Under the pieces are notes generated by a model. That model saw only the letters and a program-made list of their open reading frames with translations. It made no database searches and was not told where the DNA came from. From Cohaesibacteraceae bacterium (GTDB taxonomy: Bacteria > Pseudomonadota > Alphaproteobacteria > Rhizobiales > MH13), in assembly GCA_050043025.1 (NCBI GenBank), contig JBHJIX010000086.1, positions 12,323-76,322 of the forward strand: a stretch of DNA of 64,000 nucleotides. Reading direction: 5' to 3'. The position numbers and the translations under genes are program-made. This document shows, in pieces, positions 11,470-23,466 of the stretch; positions within the stretch are counted from its first letter, which is position 1; every line of letters begins with the position of its first letter.

Positions 11470-12798
11470 ATGCCCATCAACATTTTGATGCCAGCCCTGT
11501 CTCCCACGATGGAAGAGGGCAACCTCGCCAAGTGGATGGTCAAGGAAGGCGATAGCGGTTCCTCCGGCGATGGGCTGGCGGAGATCGAAACCGACAAGGC
11601 GACCATGGAAGTGGAAGCCGTGGATGAAGGCACGGTCGGCAAGATCGTCATTCCGGACGGAACAGAAGGCGTGAAGGTCAATGAGATCATCGCGGTCCTC
11701 TTGGAGGATGGCGAAGACGCCTCAGCCATCGATGCGGCGCCCGCTGCACCGGCGCCAGCGCCAGCTGCTGCGCCTGCCGCAGAACCGGCATCCGCTGCCT
11801 CACCGGCTCCAGCAGCAGCACCTGCTGCGCTGGCAGCCGCACCAGCACCCTCCTCGGGCGGCCGTGTGAAGGCATCGCCCTTGGCCCGTCGCATCGCCAA
11901 GCAGAACGGCTTGGACATCGCAGCCATTGCTGGCTCCGGGCCGCAAGGACGCGTTGTCAAAGCTGACGTGGAAGCAGCGATCGCAGGCGGAACGGCCAAG
12001 GCCTCTGATGCCGTCGCTGCCCCGCAAGCGGCGACCGTTCCAGCCAAGGCGCCGTCTGGCATGTCCGATGATGCAGTGCTGAAACTGTTCCAGGAAGGCT
12101 CCTACGAGCTCATCAAGCACGACGGCATGCGCAAAACCATCGCCGCTCGCCTGACCGAATCCAAGCAGACCGTTCCGCACTTCTATGTGTCGGTCGATTG
12201 CGAACTGGATGAACTGCTGAAGCTGCGTAGCCAGCTCAACAAGTCCGCGCCTGTGAAGGATGAGAAGCCAGCCTACAAGCTGTCGGTCAACGATATGGTC
12301 ATCAAAGCGCTGGCCCTTGCTCTGCGCGATGTGCCGGACGCCAACGTGTCCTGGACCGATGACAATATGGTCAAGCACAAGCACGCCGATGTCGGCGTGG
12401 CTGTCTCGATCCCGGGTGGTTTGATCACGCCAATTGTGCGCCGCGCCGAAGAAAAGCCGCTCTCAATCATCTCCAATGAGATGAAGGACCTGGGCAGGCG
12501 AGCCCGGGACCGTAAGCTGGCACCTGCCGAATATCAGGGCGGCACGACCGCGGTGTCCAACATGGGTATGATGGGCGTTTCCAACTTCTCCGCCGTCATC
12601 AACCCACCGCACGCGACCATCCTGGCCGTTGGGGCAGGGCAGCAGCGCGCCGTGGTGAAAGACGGCGCACTGGCCATCGCCACGATGATGACCGTGACCT
12701 TGTCGACCGACCACCGCTGTGTGGACGGCGCACTAGGCGCAGAACTGTTGGCGGCGTTCAAGAGCTATATCGAGAACCCGATGTCGATGCTGGTCTAG
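11470..12798 (+). CDS. pdhC: dihydrolipoyllysine-residue acetyltransferase (E2) of pyruvate dehydrogenase
   Basis: It has a lipoyl domain, an Ala/Pro linker, an E3-binding domain ([33 protein letters not shown]) and a catalytic domain ([15 protein letters not shown]). Confidence 0.93.
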   Translation: MPINILMPALSPTMEEGNLAKWMVKEGDSGSSGDGLAEIETDKATMEVEAVDEGTVGKIVIPDGTEGVKVNEIIAVLLEDGEDASAIDAAPAAPAPAPAAAPAAEPASAASPAPAAAPAALAAAPAPSSGGRVKASPLARRIAKQNGLDIAAIAGSGPQGRVVKADVEAAIAGGTAKASDAVAAPQAATVPAKAPSGMSDDAVLKLFQEGSYELIKHDGMRKTIAARLTESKQTVPHFYVSVDCELDELLKLRSQLNKSAPVKDEKPAYKLSVNDMVIKALALALRDVPDANVSWTDDNMVKHKHADVGVAVSIPGGLITPIVRRAEEKPLSIISNEMKDLGRRARDRKLAPAEYQGGTTAVSNMGMMGVSNFSAVINPPHATILAVGAGQQRAVVKDGALAIATMMTVTLSTDHRCVDGALGAELLAAFKSYIENPMSMLV

Positions 12799-12915
12799 GC
12801 CAGCATGCCATCGGGTCAGACTTGACCGCGATCAAGGAGACAAACGGACCGCGCGATACCCCTTGAGGAAGAGTTTGGGCCGCACGCGCCCGATCCGATC
12901 ATCAAGGAGACATCC

Positions 12916-13158
12916 ATGTCGCACGTGCCGCACGAACTGGCCGAGGAATTTCCCGAACACACAGACCTCATGCACAAGCTGAAGCAGGAAGACGGCCATT
13001 TCGCCAAGCTCTTCGACGCTTACCATGACGTCAATCGGGCCATTCATCGCGCTGAAACCAACGTTGAGCCGACCGCCGACGCGCATATGGAACAGATGCG
13101 CAAAGAGCGGATGCAGCTCAAGGACCAAATCTACGGGATGCTGAACGCGGCGAGCTAA
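12916..13158 (+). CDS. DUF465 (YdcH-like) family small protein
   Basis: 80 aa. HELAEEFPEH...KLKQEDGHFAKLFDAYHDVNRAIHRAE matches the DUF465 pattern as I recall it. Confidence 0.7.
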   Translation: MSHVPHELAEEFPEHTDLMHKLKQEDGHFAKLFDAYHDVNRAIHRAETNVEPTADAHMEQMRKERMQLKDQIYGMLNAAS

Positions 13159-13208
13159 ACGCCCACCGCCACAGCCTCCCGGAACCGGACGGAAACGGGA
13201 GACGAACC

Positions 13209-14648
<1,440 letters not shown>

Positions 14649-14770
14649 CGGGCCTGCATAGCAGCGATCCGCAAGCGGGCATGGTCTCACAACGGTTTCA
14701 CGATATTGTCTTGGTGGAATCGGCCCCCAAATAAGCGCCCAATGGGGCTTGTAAGGACTGGAGTTTGGTT

Positions 14771-15019
14771 ATGGAGGTTGGACTGATTGGCTTCCTGGGC
14801 ATTGGCCTTTTGGCAGGTTTCATCGCTGAGAAGGTGATGAATTCCAACCACGGTCTTCTCACCAACCTCATCGTCGGTGTTATCGGCGCCTATCTTGGCC
14901 CGTTCCTGGCAGGACTTTTGGGCATTAGCTTTGCGGGGTTCCTGGGCAGCCTGGTGATCGCCACTGTCGGCGCCATTGTCTTTTTGTTCCTGCTTCGCCT
15001 CATCAAGGGGCGGCGCTAA
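14771..15019 (+). CDS. GlsB/YeaQ/YmgE family transglycosylase-associated stress membrane protein
   Basis: About 82 aa, Gly-rich with three TM segments (GFLGIGLLAGFIAEKVM...GVIGAYLGPFLAGLLG). Confidence 0.75.
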   Translation: MEVGLIGFLGIGLLAGFIAEKVMNSNHGLLTNLIVGVIGAYLGPFLAGLLGISFAGFLGSLVIATVGAIVFLFLLRLIKGRR

Positions 15020-15055
15020 GTCGTTTGACGGTTTGATCTTGCTTCGGGAGAGCAC

Positions 15056-16021
15056 ATGGTCACGTTGATTGATCGCACAGACGCACCGGCGGCGAAGAAA
15101 GATCGCCACCCAGAAAAAGTGCATCGTGCCGACACCGAAAGGCTGGAGAAGCCAAGCTGGATCCGTGTGAGAGCTCCCGTTTCCAAGGGCTTTCAGGAAA
15201 CCAACTCCATCGTTCGCGAGAACAAGCTCGTCACCGTGTGTGAGGAGGCCGGCTGCCCGAATATTGGCGAGTGCTGGGATAAGAAGCACGCCACCTTCAT
15301 GGTGATGGGCGAGATCTGCACGCGCGCCTGTGCGTTCTGCAACGTCTCGACCGGGGTGCCGACATCGCTTGATCTCGACGAGCCACGCCGCGTCGCGGAC
15401 GCCGTTCGCCAGATGGGCCTGAAGCACGTGGTTATCACGTCCGTTGACCGCGATGATCTCGATGATGGTGGTGCACAGCACTTTGTGGAAGTTATTGACG
15501 CCATCCGGCAGGCGTCACCTGACACGACCGTTGAAATCCTCACGCCAGATTTCCTGCGCAAGCCCGGCGCGATTGAAAAAGTCGCCCGCGCGAAACCGGA
15601 CGTTTTCAACCACAATCTGGAAACTGTACCGTCCAATTATCTCACAGTTCGGCCCGGTGCCCGCTACATCCACTCCATCCGCTTGTTGCAACTGGTGAAG
15701 GAGGTCGATCAAACCTTTTTCACCAAGTCAGGCATCATGGTTGGGCAGGGAGAGGAGCGTAACGAGGTGCTTCAGGTGATGGATGATCTGCGCGCTGGCG
15801 GCGTCGAGTTTCTGACCATCGGCCAGTATCTTCAGCCGACACGCAAGCACCATCCGGAGAAGAAGTTCGTCACGCCCGATGAGTTCAAGGCTTATGAAAG
15901 CGTTGCCTACGCCAAGGGCTTTCTGATGGTCTCATCGAGCCCGCTGACGAGGTCGTCGCACCATGCGGGCGCCGACTTCGCCAAGCTTAAGGCTGCGCGT
16001 TTGGCAAGCCAGGGCTTCTAA
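15056..16021 (+). CDS. lipA: lipoyl synthase
   Basis: [13 protein letters not shown] and radical-SAM [10 protein letters not shown] clusters, [17 protein letters not shown]. Confidence 0.95.
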   Translation: MVTLIDRTDAPAAKKDRHPEKVHRADTERLEKPSWIRVRAPVSKGFQETNSIVRENKLVTVCEEAGCPNIGECWDKKHATFMVMGEICTRACAFCNVSTGVPTSLDLDEPRRVADAVRQMGLKHVVITSVDRDDLDDGGAQHFVEVIDAIRQASPDTTVEILTPDFLRKPGAIEKVARAKPDVFNHNLETVPSNYLTVRPGARYIHSIRLLQLVKEVDQTFFTKSGIMVGQGEERNEVLQVMDDLRAGGVEFLTIGQYLQPTRKHHPEKKFVTPDEFKAYESVAYAKGFLMVSSSPLTRSSHHAGADFAKLKAARLASQGF

Positions 16022-16035
16022 GACCAGTCGTCTTC

Positions 16036-16887
16036 TTAGTTGGTGAAACCCGCCGGCAGCAGGCTCGCATCGACCAACAGACGTGTTGCGAAGGTCTGGC
16101 GGAACGAGCGGATCGATGCCCAATCCGGCCCCTGCGTATAAAGGGTGAACACAACCGGTGCCTGGCCATCGCGGGTAACATAGCCACTGTACCAGCCTTC
16201 GAAGGGGCCACTGAAGTTGCCGGGGATGACGGTGCCCCCACCGGTTTTGCCGTGAAGCTCATATCCATCGAATGTGTTCACAAGACTTGCCTCATCAAGT
16301 GCCTCATAGCTGGAGGTTTCGATAGGCAGATCTCGCTCCACCACGCGCTGTAAAAAAGCGACCTGGCCTTCAACTGAAATCTCCAATCCGCCGGCAAGCC
16401 AGAAGCTGTCGGACCCGTCCGGTGCACCGGCATTGCCGTAGCCCCACTCGTTGAGGAGTTCACGATAGGTCGACGCGCCGACATGCTGGGCGATGTCCTG
16501 GAAGTACCAAACGGCTGAGTGTTGAAAGGCTGTCTCCAACGTTTGGTCCTGTTTCCAGGCGTCCGGCCACCAGAAGGCCGCGGGCCGAGCATCGCTGTCC
16601 CAGGCGCGCACCGTGTCGAGATCGGGCGTGAATCCTTCTTCAAGCGCGATCAAAAGGTTGGGGATCTTGAAGGTGGACCAGGGTGCGTGGGCGCTTTCAA
16701 GGTCACTGCCCTGCAGGACGATGCGCTCACCGGTTTCCAGATCATGGGCCAAAAAGGCCACGGTGCGACCATCGATAGCCTCGGCATAGTTGCCGATCGG
16801 CATGATCGTGTCAGTCGCGTTCGCATGGCTGATAAGGGGAGACGCCGAAACAAAGGCCAACGCAGCCGCCGCGAGGAAGAACTTCAT
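16036..16887 (-). CDS. class D (OXA-type) beta-lactamase family protein, secreted
   Basis: Signal peptide MKFFLAAAALAFVSASPLISHA. STFK (16666-16677), SAV, YGN, FWL.GGLEIS..GQV.FL and KTG motifs appear in the class D order. Confidence 0.75.
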   Translation of the reverse strand: MKFFLAAAALAFVSASPLISHANATDTIMPIGNYAEAIDGRTVAFLAHDLETGERIVLQGSDLESAHAPWSTFKIPNLLIALEEGFTPDLDTVRAWDSDARPAAFWWPDAWKQDQTLETAFQHSAVWYFQDIAQHVGASTYRELLNEWGYGNAGAPDGSDSFWLAGGLEISVEGQVAFLQRVVERDLPIETSSYEALDEASLVNTFDGYELHGKTGGGTVIPGNFSGPFEGWYSGYVTRDGQAPVVFTLYTQGPDWASIRSFRQTFATRLLVDASLLPAGFTN

Positions 16888-17068
16888 AAATGTGATTCCT
16901 AAAGGTTAAGGGGGGGGCTCACAGAGCTGTGACATTGCGGCCTCTTGAAGGCACTCAGCAATCAAACGATCTGTTCATCTGCTGCCGTTAGGATGATGCT
17001 TAAAGCAGTGCTAAGAAGGGCCCGCTATGGCGGCGCCTGCCGTTCGATACACCTGCCAGGAAAGCGCC

Positions 17069-17533
17069 ATGCCGCATTTCACAACCCGCCATACCGTCAA
17101 GCACAGCGCTGATGATATGTTCGCGCTTGTGGCCGATGTGCGCGCCTATCCTGAGTTCGTGCCCTTGTGCGAAAGCCTGAAGGTTCGCGGCCAATCGCCC
17201 ATCGATGAGGGGCGCTCGGTGGTCATTGCCGATATGACGGTGGCCTACAAACTGTTCCGCGAAACATTCACCTCACGCGTGGTGCTTGACCCGGCCAAGC
17301 GCCAGATCGACGTCACCTATCTGGACGGACCATTCAGGCGGATGGAAAACCGCTGGCGCTTTGAGGAGGCAGCCGACGGCGGGTCGGTGATTGAGTTCCA
17401 CATCGACTATGAGTTTCGCTCACGGGCATTGGCGTCCTTGATGGGAGCGGTCTTCGACCGCGCCTTCCACAAATTCTCCAGTGCCTTTGAGGCACGCGCC
17501 GATACGCTCTATGGCGCTGAAAACGCTGCCTAA
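17069..17533 (+). CDS. ratA: SRPBCC-family RatA/COQ10-like protein
   Basis: MPHFTTRHTVKHSADDMFALVADVRAYPEFVPLCE... is typical of the polyketide cyclase/RatA family. It usually sits next to lipA in alphaproteobacteria. Confidence 0.75.
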   Translation: MPHFTTRHTVKHSADDMFALVADVRAYPEFVPLCESLKVRGQSPIDEGRSVVIADMTVAYKLFRETFTSRVVLDPAKRQIDVTYLDGPFRRMENRWRFEEAADGGSVIEFHIDYEFRSRALASLMGAVFDRAFHKFSSAFEARADTLYGAENAA

Positions 17534-17545
17534 GCGACGCGCGAT

Positions 17546-18031
17546 CTAACTGATCATCTCTTCAATCAGATCAAAAGCGTGGGCAACGCTGAGCACGCGC
17601 ACCTGCGCGCGATCTGAATTGCCAAAGAGCTGATGGCTGGCCCTTGTTTCCTGGCCGCGCCTGGCGCAGGCGAAGTGCACCGTGCCCACCGGCTTCTCAG
17701 CACTGCCGCCGCCTGGCCCCGCAACCCCGGTCACTGACACAGCGATATCTGCGTTGGAACGGGCCAATGCCCCCTCCGCCATGGCCCGCGCCACGGGCTC
17801 ACTGACCGCGCCGTGCTCGGCCAGCACGGCAACAGGGACACCGAGCATCTCCGTCTTGGCCTCATTGGAGTAGGTGACGAACCCGCGATCGACAACAGCC
17901 GATGAGCCGGCGATCTCCGTCAGAGTGCCGGCAATCAAGCCGCCGGTGCAGGATTCAGCCGTCGCGATCATCAGTCCAGCAGCTTTCAGCTTGCCCAGGA
18001 GGTCGCTCGCACGTTGGGTCAAATCATCCAT
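17546..18031 (-). CDS. CinA-family nicotinamide-nucleotide amidohydrolase (PncC domain)
   Basis: [24 protein letters not shown]...[10 protein letters not shown]...[12 protein letters not shown] motifs. Start taken at the Met at 18031. Confidence 0.8.
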   Translation of the reverse strand: MDDLTQRASDLLGKLKAAGLMIATAESCTGGLIAGTLTEIAGSSAVVDRGFVTYSNEAKTEMLGVPVAVLAEHGAVSEPVARAMAEGALARSNADIAVSVTGVAGPGGGSAEKPVGTVHFACARRGQETRASHQLFGNSDRAQVRVLSVAHAFDLIEEMIS

Positions 18032-19310
18032 CGTCCTGGTCCTCGTCGACCGGAAGCTCGACCGTTGCCGTGGCAAGCGCCGCTATGCCTTCCTCGCGGC
18101 CGGCAAAGCCCATCTTTTCGTTTGTAGTGGCCTTGATGCTGACGCGGCCAGCGCTGATGCCGAGGCACGCGGCCACCGCCGCCTGCATGGCCGGGCGATG
18201 CGGTCCGACCTTGGGCGCTTCAGCAACAATGGTCACATCCACATGCACGATCCGGCCACCACGTTCCGCCACGCGCTTTGCGGCATGGGTAGCAAAAACG
18301 TGGGAGGCCGCGCCTTTCCATTGCAGATTGGTGGGCGGGAAATGGGTGCCAATATCGCCTTCGCACAAGGCTCCTAGAACCGCATCGGTGAGAGCGTGAA
18401 GTCCAACGTCCGCATCCGAATGCCCGTCTAATCGGTGCGTATGCGGGATTTTGTGCCCGCACAAAAAGACGCCATCACCCGGCACCAGCCTGTGAACATC
18501 ATAGCCATGGCCAGTGCGGGATTCTGTAGGGGTCATGGCTTTCTCGGCTGATTTCAAGTTGCGGCTGATAAGGACCTGTTCAGCGCGTTCCCAGTCTGCC
18601 GGCGTTGTGATCTTGATGGCATCTGGCGATCCGGCCACACCAATGCTTGGGTGGCCCGCCCATTCCATCACACTGGCATCATCGGTGAACAGCGCCTTGG
18701 TTTCAGACTGAGCCACCGCCCGGTGGGCATCAAGCAGCAATCGGCCGGTAAACGCCTGCGGTGTCTGAACAGCAGCAAGCGCGCTTCTGTCCGGACCGTT
18801 GACCAACTCGCCGTCCACCACCTGTTTCAACGTGTCGGTGACTGGGAGCGTGGGAACGGCACCGGGCGCCGCCTCAAGCGCGGCCAAAAGGCGGTCGATC
18901 ATTTCGTGATCAACAAAGGGCCGCGCCCCATCATGAACGAGCACCTTGGCGTTCTGAACAAGAAAACCAGCGCGATCCAGCGCCTCCAAGCCAAAGCGAA
19001 CGCTCTCGCGGCGTTCATTGCCGCCATGGGTCAGGATCAGCTTTGTGTTGTCAGGAACATAGTCGCGCCACGGTTTGTCATCCAAGGCCGCGTTCGCTGG
19101 CATCACCAGAACCACACCCACAATCTCCGGATGAGAGGCAAGCGCCTCCAGGCTCCACGCCGCCAGTGGACGTTTGCCGAGCAGCTCAAACTGCTTGGGC
19201 CCCTCCTGCTCTTCACCTCGCCGTGCTCGCAGGCCAGACCCGGCCGCCATCACAAGCGCATAAGGAGGAGCCAGGTCTGTGGAGGTGGTTCGGGCTGATG
19301 GCGAGGTCAT
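18024..19310 (-). CDS. ispDF: bifunctional 2-C-methyl-D-erythritol 4-phosphate cytidylyltransferase / 2,4-cyclodiphosphate synthase
   Basis: N-terminal IspD (VMAAGSG.RA...) is fused to C-terminal IspF (GHGYDVHRL...[16 protein letters not shown]). Confidence 0.9.
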   Translation of the reverse strand: MTSPSARTTSTDLAPPYALVMAAGSGLRARRGEEQEGPKQFELLGKRPLAAWSLEALASHPEIVGVVLVMPANAALDDKPWRDYVPDNTKLILTHGGNERRESVRFGLEALDRAGFLVQNAKVLVHDGARPFVDHEMIDRLLAALEAAPGAVPTLPVTDTLKQVVDGELVNGPDRSALAAVQTPQAFTGRLLLDAHRAVAQSETKALFTDDASVMEWAGHPSIGVAGSPDAIKITTPADWERAEQVLISRNLKSAEKAMTPTESRTGHGYDVHRLVPGDGVFLCGHKIPHTHRLDGHSDADVGLHALTDAVLGALCEGDIGTHFPPTNLQWKGAASHVFATHAAKRVAERGGRIVHVDVTIVAEAPKVGPHRPAMQAAVAACLGISAGRVSIKATTNEKMGFAGREEGIAALATATVELPVDEDQDDG

Positions 19311-19521
19311 AAGAGGTCTGTCCGCTTTGTCGCACCGCCAGTCGTATGCGACCAGAACGGGCAGTCATTCGCTTACCGGGATGTTGGGTCGCAGAAAAGC
19401 CGTCAGTGAGGCGGATAGGCCGTTCCGCCTTATCGACCTATGTGCCAAAGCCATTAACGCAAACAGCTGCTTCAGCGACCTGCCCATTGCAATTTGTTTA
19501 TTTTTTAGTCATGCATAGAAT

Positions 19522-20646
19522 ATGATCATTGAGCACATCCCCCCGGTGCCCAACAAAGCGCCAATAGCGCCGACTGCGCCGTCAGAAAGCCAGGGGCGGA
19601 TGGTGGCAGGTGCGCTGCCGATCGGCCTGGCTACCGCCCGGAATCGGATTTTCCTCGCACCCATGTCGGGCGTCACCGATCTGCCGTTCCGGCGCTTGGC
19701 ACATCGGTTTGGGGCAGGGCTCGTTGTCAGCGAAATGGTCGCCTCACAGGAACTTGTGGTGGACAACCCAGACAGCCGGCTGCGTATGGATGTCAAAGGC
19801 TTGGAAACACCCGTGGTCCAGCTGGCTGGTCGCGAAGCCCAATGGATGGCAGAGGCCGCGAAGATCGCCGAAGGCGCTGGCGCGGCCGTGGTCGACATCA
19901 ATATGGGCTGCCCCGCCAAGAAGGTGACATCGGGCTATTCCGGCTCGGCGCTGATGCGCGATCTTGACCACGCGCTCACGCTGATCGAGGCAACTGTTCA
20001 GGCCGTCGACGTACCAGTGACGTTGAAGATGCGGCGCGGCTGGGACGATGACTCGCGCAATGCCGCCGACCTTGCCAGACGCGCCTGCGATGCTGGGGTG
20101 CAGCTCATCACGGTGCACGGCCGCACGCGATGCCAGTTCTACAAGGGCCAAGCGGACTGGCCGGCGATCAGCCAGGTACGCGAGGCCAGTGACATACCCA
20201 TTGTCGCCAATGGCGATCGCATTTCGCGTGACGATCTAGACACCATGTTGTCTCAGACTGGGTGCGATGCCGTGATGGCGGGACGTGGCGCTTATGGCCG
20301 TCCATGGCTGCCCGGCTATCTGGCCAGCGATGATCCAGCGCGTTTCCTCGCCGAGTTGCCGGACCCTGCCGATCTGATCAGCGAGCATTATGAGGCGCTC
20401 GTAGCGCACCATGGCGAGCATAAGGGCGTGCGCCTCGGGTCTCGAATCGCGCGCAAGCATCTGGGCTGGTACCTCGATACAACACTGAGGCCAGTGCCCG
20501 CGACGTCCGCTGCGCGGCAAATCCTCATGCAGTCGGACGATGAGCATGCCGTCCTTGAAACCATCAAGACGTTGTTTGATGGCGCAAGTTGGCTTCATCC
20601 CGTTGGACGCGAAGCGACCCAGCCGTCACAGGCTGAGGCGGCCTGA
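19522..20646 (+). CDS. dusB: tRNA-dihydrouridine synthase B (NifR3 family)
   Basis: LAPMSGVTDLPFR, DINMGCPAKKV, ITVHGRTR. An internal Met at 19600 is also a possible start. Confidence 0.88.
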   Translation: MIIEHIPPVPNKAPIAPTAPSESQGRMVAGALPIGLATARNRIFLAPMSGVTDLPFRRLAHRFGAGLVVSEMVASQELVVDNPDSRLRMDVKGLETPVVQLAGREAQWMAEAAKIAEGAGAAVVDINMGCPAKKVTSGYSGSALMRDLDHALTLIEATVQAVDVPVTLKMRRGWDDDSRNAADLARRACDAGVQLITVHGRTRCQFYKGQADWPAISQVREASDIPIVANGDRISRDDLDTMLSQTGCDAVMAGRGAYGRPWLPGYLASDDPARFLAELPDPADLISEHYEALVAHHGEHKGVRLGSRIARKHLGWYLDTTLRPVPATSAARQILMQSDDEHAVLETIKTLFDGASWLHPVGREATQPSQAEAA

Positions 20647-20649
20647 GCC

Positions 20650-21831
20650 ATGACGACCAGCAAAGCCAGGTCAAACGGCACGGGAAACGAGGACAGTTTG
20701 CAGCGGTTGCTTCTGCAGGCGTTGCCCCATCCTGCCATTCTAGTCGGGCGCGATTACCGGGTCGTGGAAGCCAACAATGCCGCAGAGATTTTCTTTCGTA
20801 CCAGTCTTGCCATCATGCGGCGCCAGGGCCTGCGCTCCTTTGTGCCCTTCGGAAGCCCGGTCTTTTCCACCGTCGATCAGGTGATGTCCGACCTGTCGCC
20901 TATGACTGCCTATGGCGTTGATCTGGCGACACCGCGTCTTGCCGACGACATGACCGTGGATGTCTATGTCTCGCCCATCGTCGATGCGGTCGGTTCAGAT
21001 GGTGATCCGCTTGTCGCAATCATGCTGCATCCACAGGCGCGCACGCAGAAGCTTGATCGTCAGCTCACCTCCCAGTCGTCGGCTCGGTCGGTCAGTGGAC
21101 TGGCCGCCATGCTGGCCCATGAGATCAAGAACCCGCTCTTTGGCATTCGCGGTGCCGCACAGCTGTTGGAAAGCAGCGTGGATGATGCCGACCGCGCCCT
21201 GACCCAGCTCATCACCGATGAGGCGGACCGCATCGTCCGTCTGGTCGACCGCATGGAGGTGTTCTCCGACGAGCGCCCGGTTGAACGCGGTCCGGTGAAC
21301 ATCCACACGGTGTTAGAGCACGTGAAACGGCTGGCCGAAACGAGTTTCGGGAGCCACATCAAATTCGTCGAGCGCTACGATCCTTCGCTTCCCGCCATCT
21401 ATGCCAACCGCGATCAGATGGTGCAGGTGTTCCTCAACCTGGCAAAAAATGCCTGCGAGGCCATCGGCACGCGAAGTGATGGCAAAGTGGTGCTCTCAAC
21501 AGGTTTTAAGCCGGGCATTCGCCTGTCGGTGCCCGGCAGCGCCAAACGCCTGACCTTGCCGCTTGAAGTGGCGGTTGAGGACAATGGTCCGGGCATTCCG
21601 CAAGACCTGATGGCGGATCTTTTCGACACGTTCATCACCACCAAGTCCAACGGCACCGGACTTGGACTGGCGTTGGTCGCCAAGATCATCCGAGACCATG
21701 GCGGCGTGGTGGAATGCGAGAGCCATGGCACCGGCGCTGCCTTCCGCGTCATGCTTCCCGTCTATCAGGAAGAGGTCGACCATGCCCAAGCGTCCAGGTC
21801 TGCCAACCTGACTCCCAACACTCAAGCTTAA
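20650..21831 (+). CDS. ntrB: nitrogen regulation sensor histidine kinase NtrB
   Basis: PAS domain, H-box LAHEIKNPL, N-box NLAKNACEA, G-boxes DNGPGIP and GTGLGLALV..IIRDHGG. Confidence 0.88.
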   Translation: MTTSKARSNGTGNEDSLQRLLLQALPHPAILVGRDYRVVEANNAAEIFFRTSLAIMRRQGLRSFVPFGSPVFSTVDQVMSDLSPMTAYGVDLATPRLADDMTVDVYVSPIVDAVGSDGDPLVAIMLHPQARTQKLDRQLTSQSSARSVSGLAAMLAHEIKNPLFGIRGAAQLLESSVDDADRALTQLITDEADRIVRLVDRMEVFSDERPVERGPVNIHTVLEHVKRLAETSFGSHIKFVERYDPSLPAIYANRDQMVQVFLNLAKNACEAIGTRSDGKVVLSTGFKPGIRLSVPGSAKRLTLPLEVAVEDNGPGIPQDLMADLFDTFITTKSNGTGLGLALVAKIIRDHGGVVECESHGTGAAFRVMLPVYQEEVDHAQASRSANLTPNTQA

Positions 21832-21846
21832 GGCAACGGAAAGGCC

Positions 21847-23304
21847 ATGCCGCAACGCAGCCAGACAGTCCTGATCGCCGACGACGATGCCGCGATCCGC
21901 ACCGTTCTCAACCAAGCCCTGACGCGCGCCGGCTACTCCGTCCGCGTGACGTCGAACGCTACATCACTGTGGCGTTGGGTCAATGAAGGCGAGGGGGATT
22001 TGGTGATCACCGATGTGGTGATGCCCGATGAAAACGCATTCGATTTGCTTCCGCGCATGCGCAAGGCCCGCCCTGAGCTTCCCGTCATTGTTATGAGTGC
22101 GCAGAACACCTTCATGACGGCGGTACGTGCTTCGGAAAAAGGCGCCTACGACGACCTGCCCAAGCCGTTTGATCTCAAAGAGCTGATCGCAATCGTCGGT
22201 AGGGCGATGGCAGAGCCAAAACGCCGGGCGCTTGGCGCCCAGCAGCCCGAAGAGGGCGCCGAAAGCATGCCGCTGGTCGGTCGATCTGCCGCTATGCAGG
22301 AAGTCTACCGTGTTCTGGCTCGGCTTATGCAAACCGATCTAACGGTGATGATCACCGGCGAGTCGGGTACTGGGAATGAGCTGGTCGCCCGCGCGCTCCA
22401 CGAATTCGGGCGACGATCAAAAGGTCCGTTTGTTGCCATCAACATGGCGGCCATTCCCCGTGACCTCATTGAAACCGAACTGTTCGGCCATGAGAAGGGT
22501 GCTTTCACCGGCGCGCAGACGCGCGTTGTAGGTCGCTTTGAGCAAGCTGAAGGCGGAACGCTTTTCCTCGACGAGATCGGCGACATGCCGATGGACGCCC
22601 AGACTAGGTTGCTGCGCGTTCTCCAACAAGGCGAGTACACCACCGTCGGTGGAAGGACGGCCATCCGGGCGGACGTGCGTATCGTGGCTGCGACCAACAA
22701 GGATTTGCGCCAGCTTATCAATCAAGGCCTTTTCCGCGAGGATCTGTTCTTCCGACTGAACGTGGTTCCTTTGCGGCTTCCACCGTTGCGTGAGCGCACT
22801 GAAGACGTGCCCGACCTGGTTCGTCACTTCTTCTCGCAGGTTGCCGAGGAAGGCTTGCCGGCCAAACAGATCGATGGGGCGGCGCTGGACGTGCTTCGCC
22901 ATTATCGCTGGCCAGGCAACATTCGCGAGCTAGAGAACCTCGTGCGCCGACTTGCCGCCCTTTATCCCCAAGACGTCATCACGGCCCCGATTGTTGAAGA
23001 TGAACTGAGGTCGGCGGTTGCCGGCCTGGCGCCAAGCGGCCAGGATAACGAGGTTGAAGAAAAGCTGTCGGTCGCCATCGAGCGGCACTTGGTGCGCTAC
23101 TTCAAAGAGTTTGGTGATGACCTGCCGCCACACGGGCTCTATCACCGGATGCTCAAAGAGCTTGAGATTCCACTTTTCTCAGTTGCGCTTGCCGCAACGC
23201 GTGGGAACCAGATCAAAGCGGCCGAGCTTTTGGGTCTTAATCGCAACACATTGCGCAAGAAGATCCGTGATTTGGATATCCAAGTCATTCGAGGGGCGCG
23301 CTGA
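21847..23304 (+). CDS. ntrC: sigma-54-dependent response regulator NtrC (Walker A reads GESGTGN instead of GESGTGK)
   Basis: Receiver domain (DDD..., D in [11 protein letters not shown]), AAA+ domain with GAFTGA, and a C-terminal Fis-type HTH ([19 protein letters not shown]). Confidence 0.9.
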   Translation: MPQRSQTVLIADDDAAIRTVLNQALTRAGYSVRVTSNATSLWRWVNEGEGDLVITDVVMPDENAFDLLPRMRKARPELPVIVMSAQNTFMTAVRASEKGAYDDLPKPFDLKELIAIVGRAMAEPKRRALGAQQPEEGAESMPLVGRSAAMQEVYRVLARLMQTDLTVMITGESGTGNELVARALHEFGRRSKGPFVAINMAAIPRDLIETELFGHEKGAFTGAQTRVVGRFEQAEGGTLFLDEIGDMPMDAQTRLLRVLQQGEYTTVGGRTAIRADVRIVAATNKDLRQLINQGLFREDLFFRLNVVPLRLPPLRERTEDVPDLVRHFFSQVAEEGLPAKQIDGAALDVLRHYRWPGNIRELENLVRRLAALYPQDVITAPIVEDELRSAVAGLAPSGQDNEVEEKLSVAIERHLVRYFKEFGDDLPPHGLYHRMLKELEIPLFSVALAATRGNQIKAAELLGLNRNTLRKKIRDLDIQVIRGAR

Positions 23305-23466
23305 GCTGACAGCGCCCAATGCGGCACCCTAAGGGTCAAAACGCGTTTACCTTTCTCCAAAGCATCGCAGAACAAATGGCCAGCTTCTGTGGCCGCGACC
23401 TCTTTTTTGTCATAAATGAGCAACACAGCTGTGACTCGCACGCCACAGTCGGCGAGCACCATGTAG

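Noticed and set aside
17069-17533. RatA as the toxin of a toxin-antitoxin module.
   Set aside because: There is no adjacent small antitoxin ORF. The SRPBCC gene next to lipA is a conserved housekeeping arrangement in alphaproteobacteria.
19409-19430. Small hairpin aggcgga-N8-tccgcct in the ispDF/dusB divergent spacer, and tcgtgtc-N9-gacacga at 58687-58709.
   Set aside because: These are short 7-bp stems without U-runs or conservation evidence. Such stems are expected by chance in GC-rich spacers.
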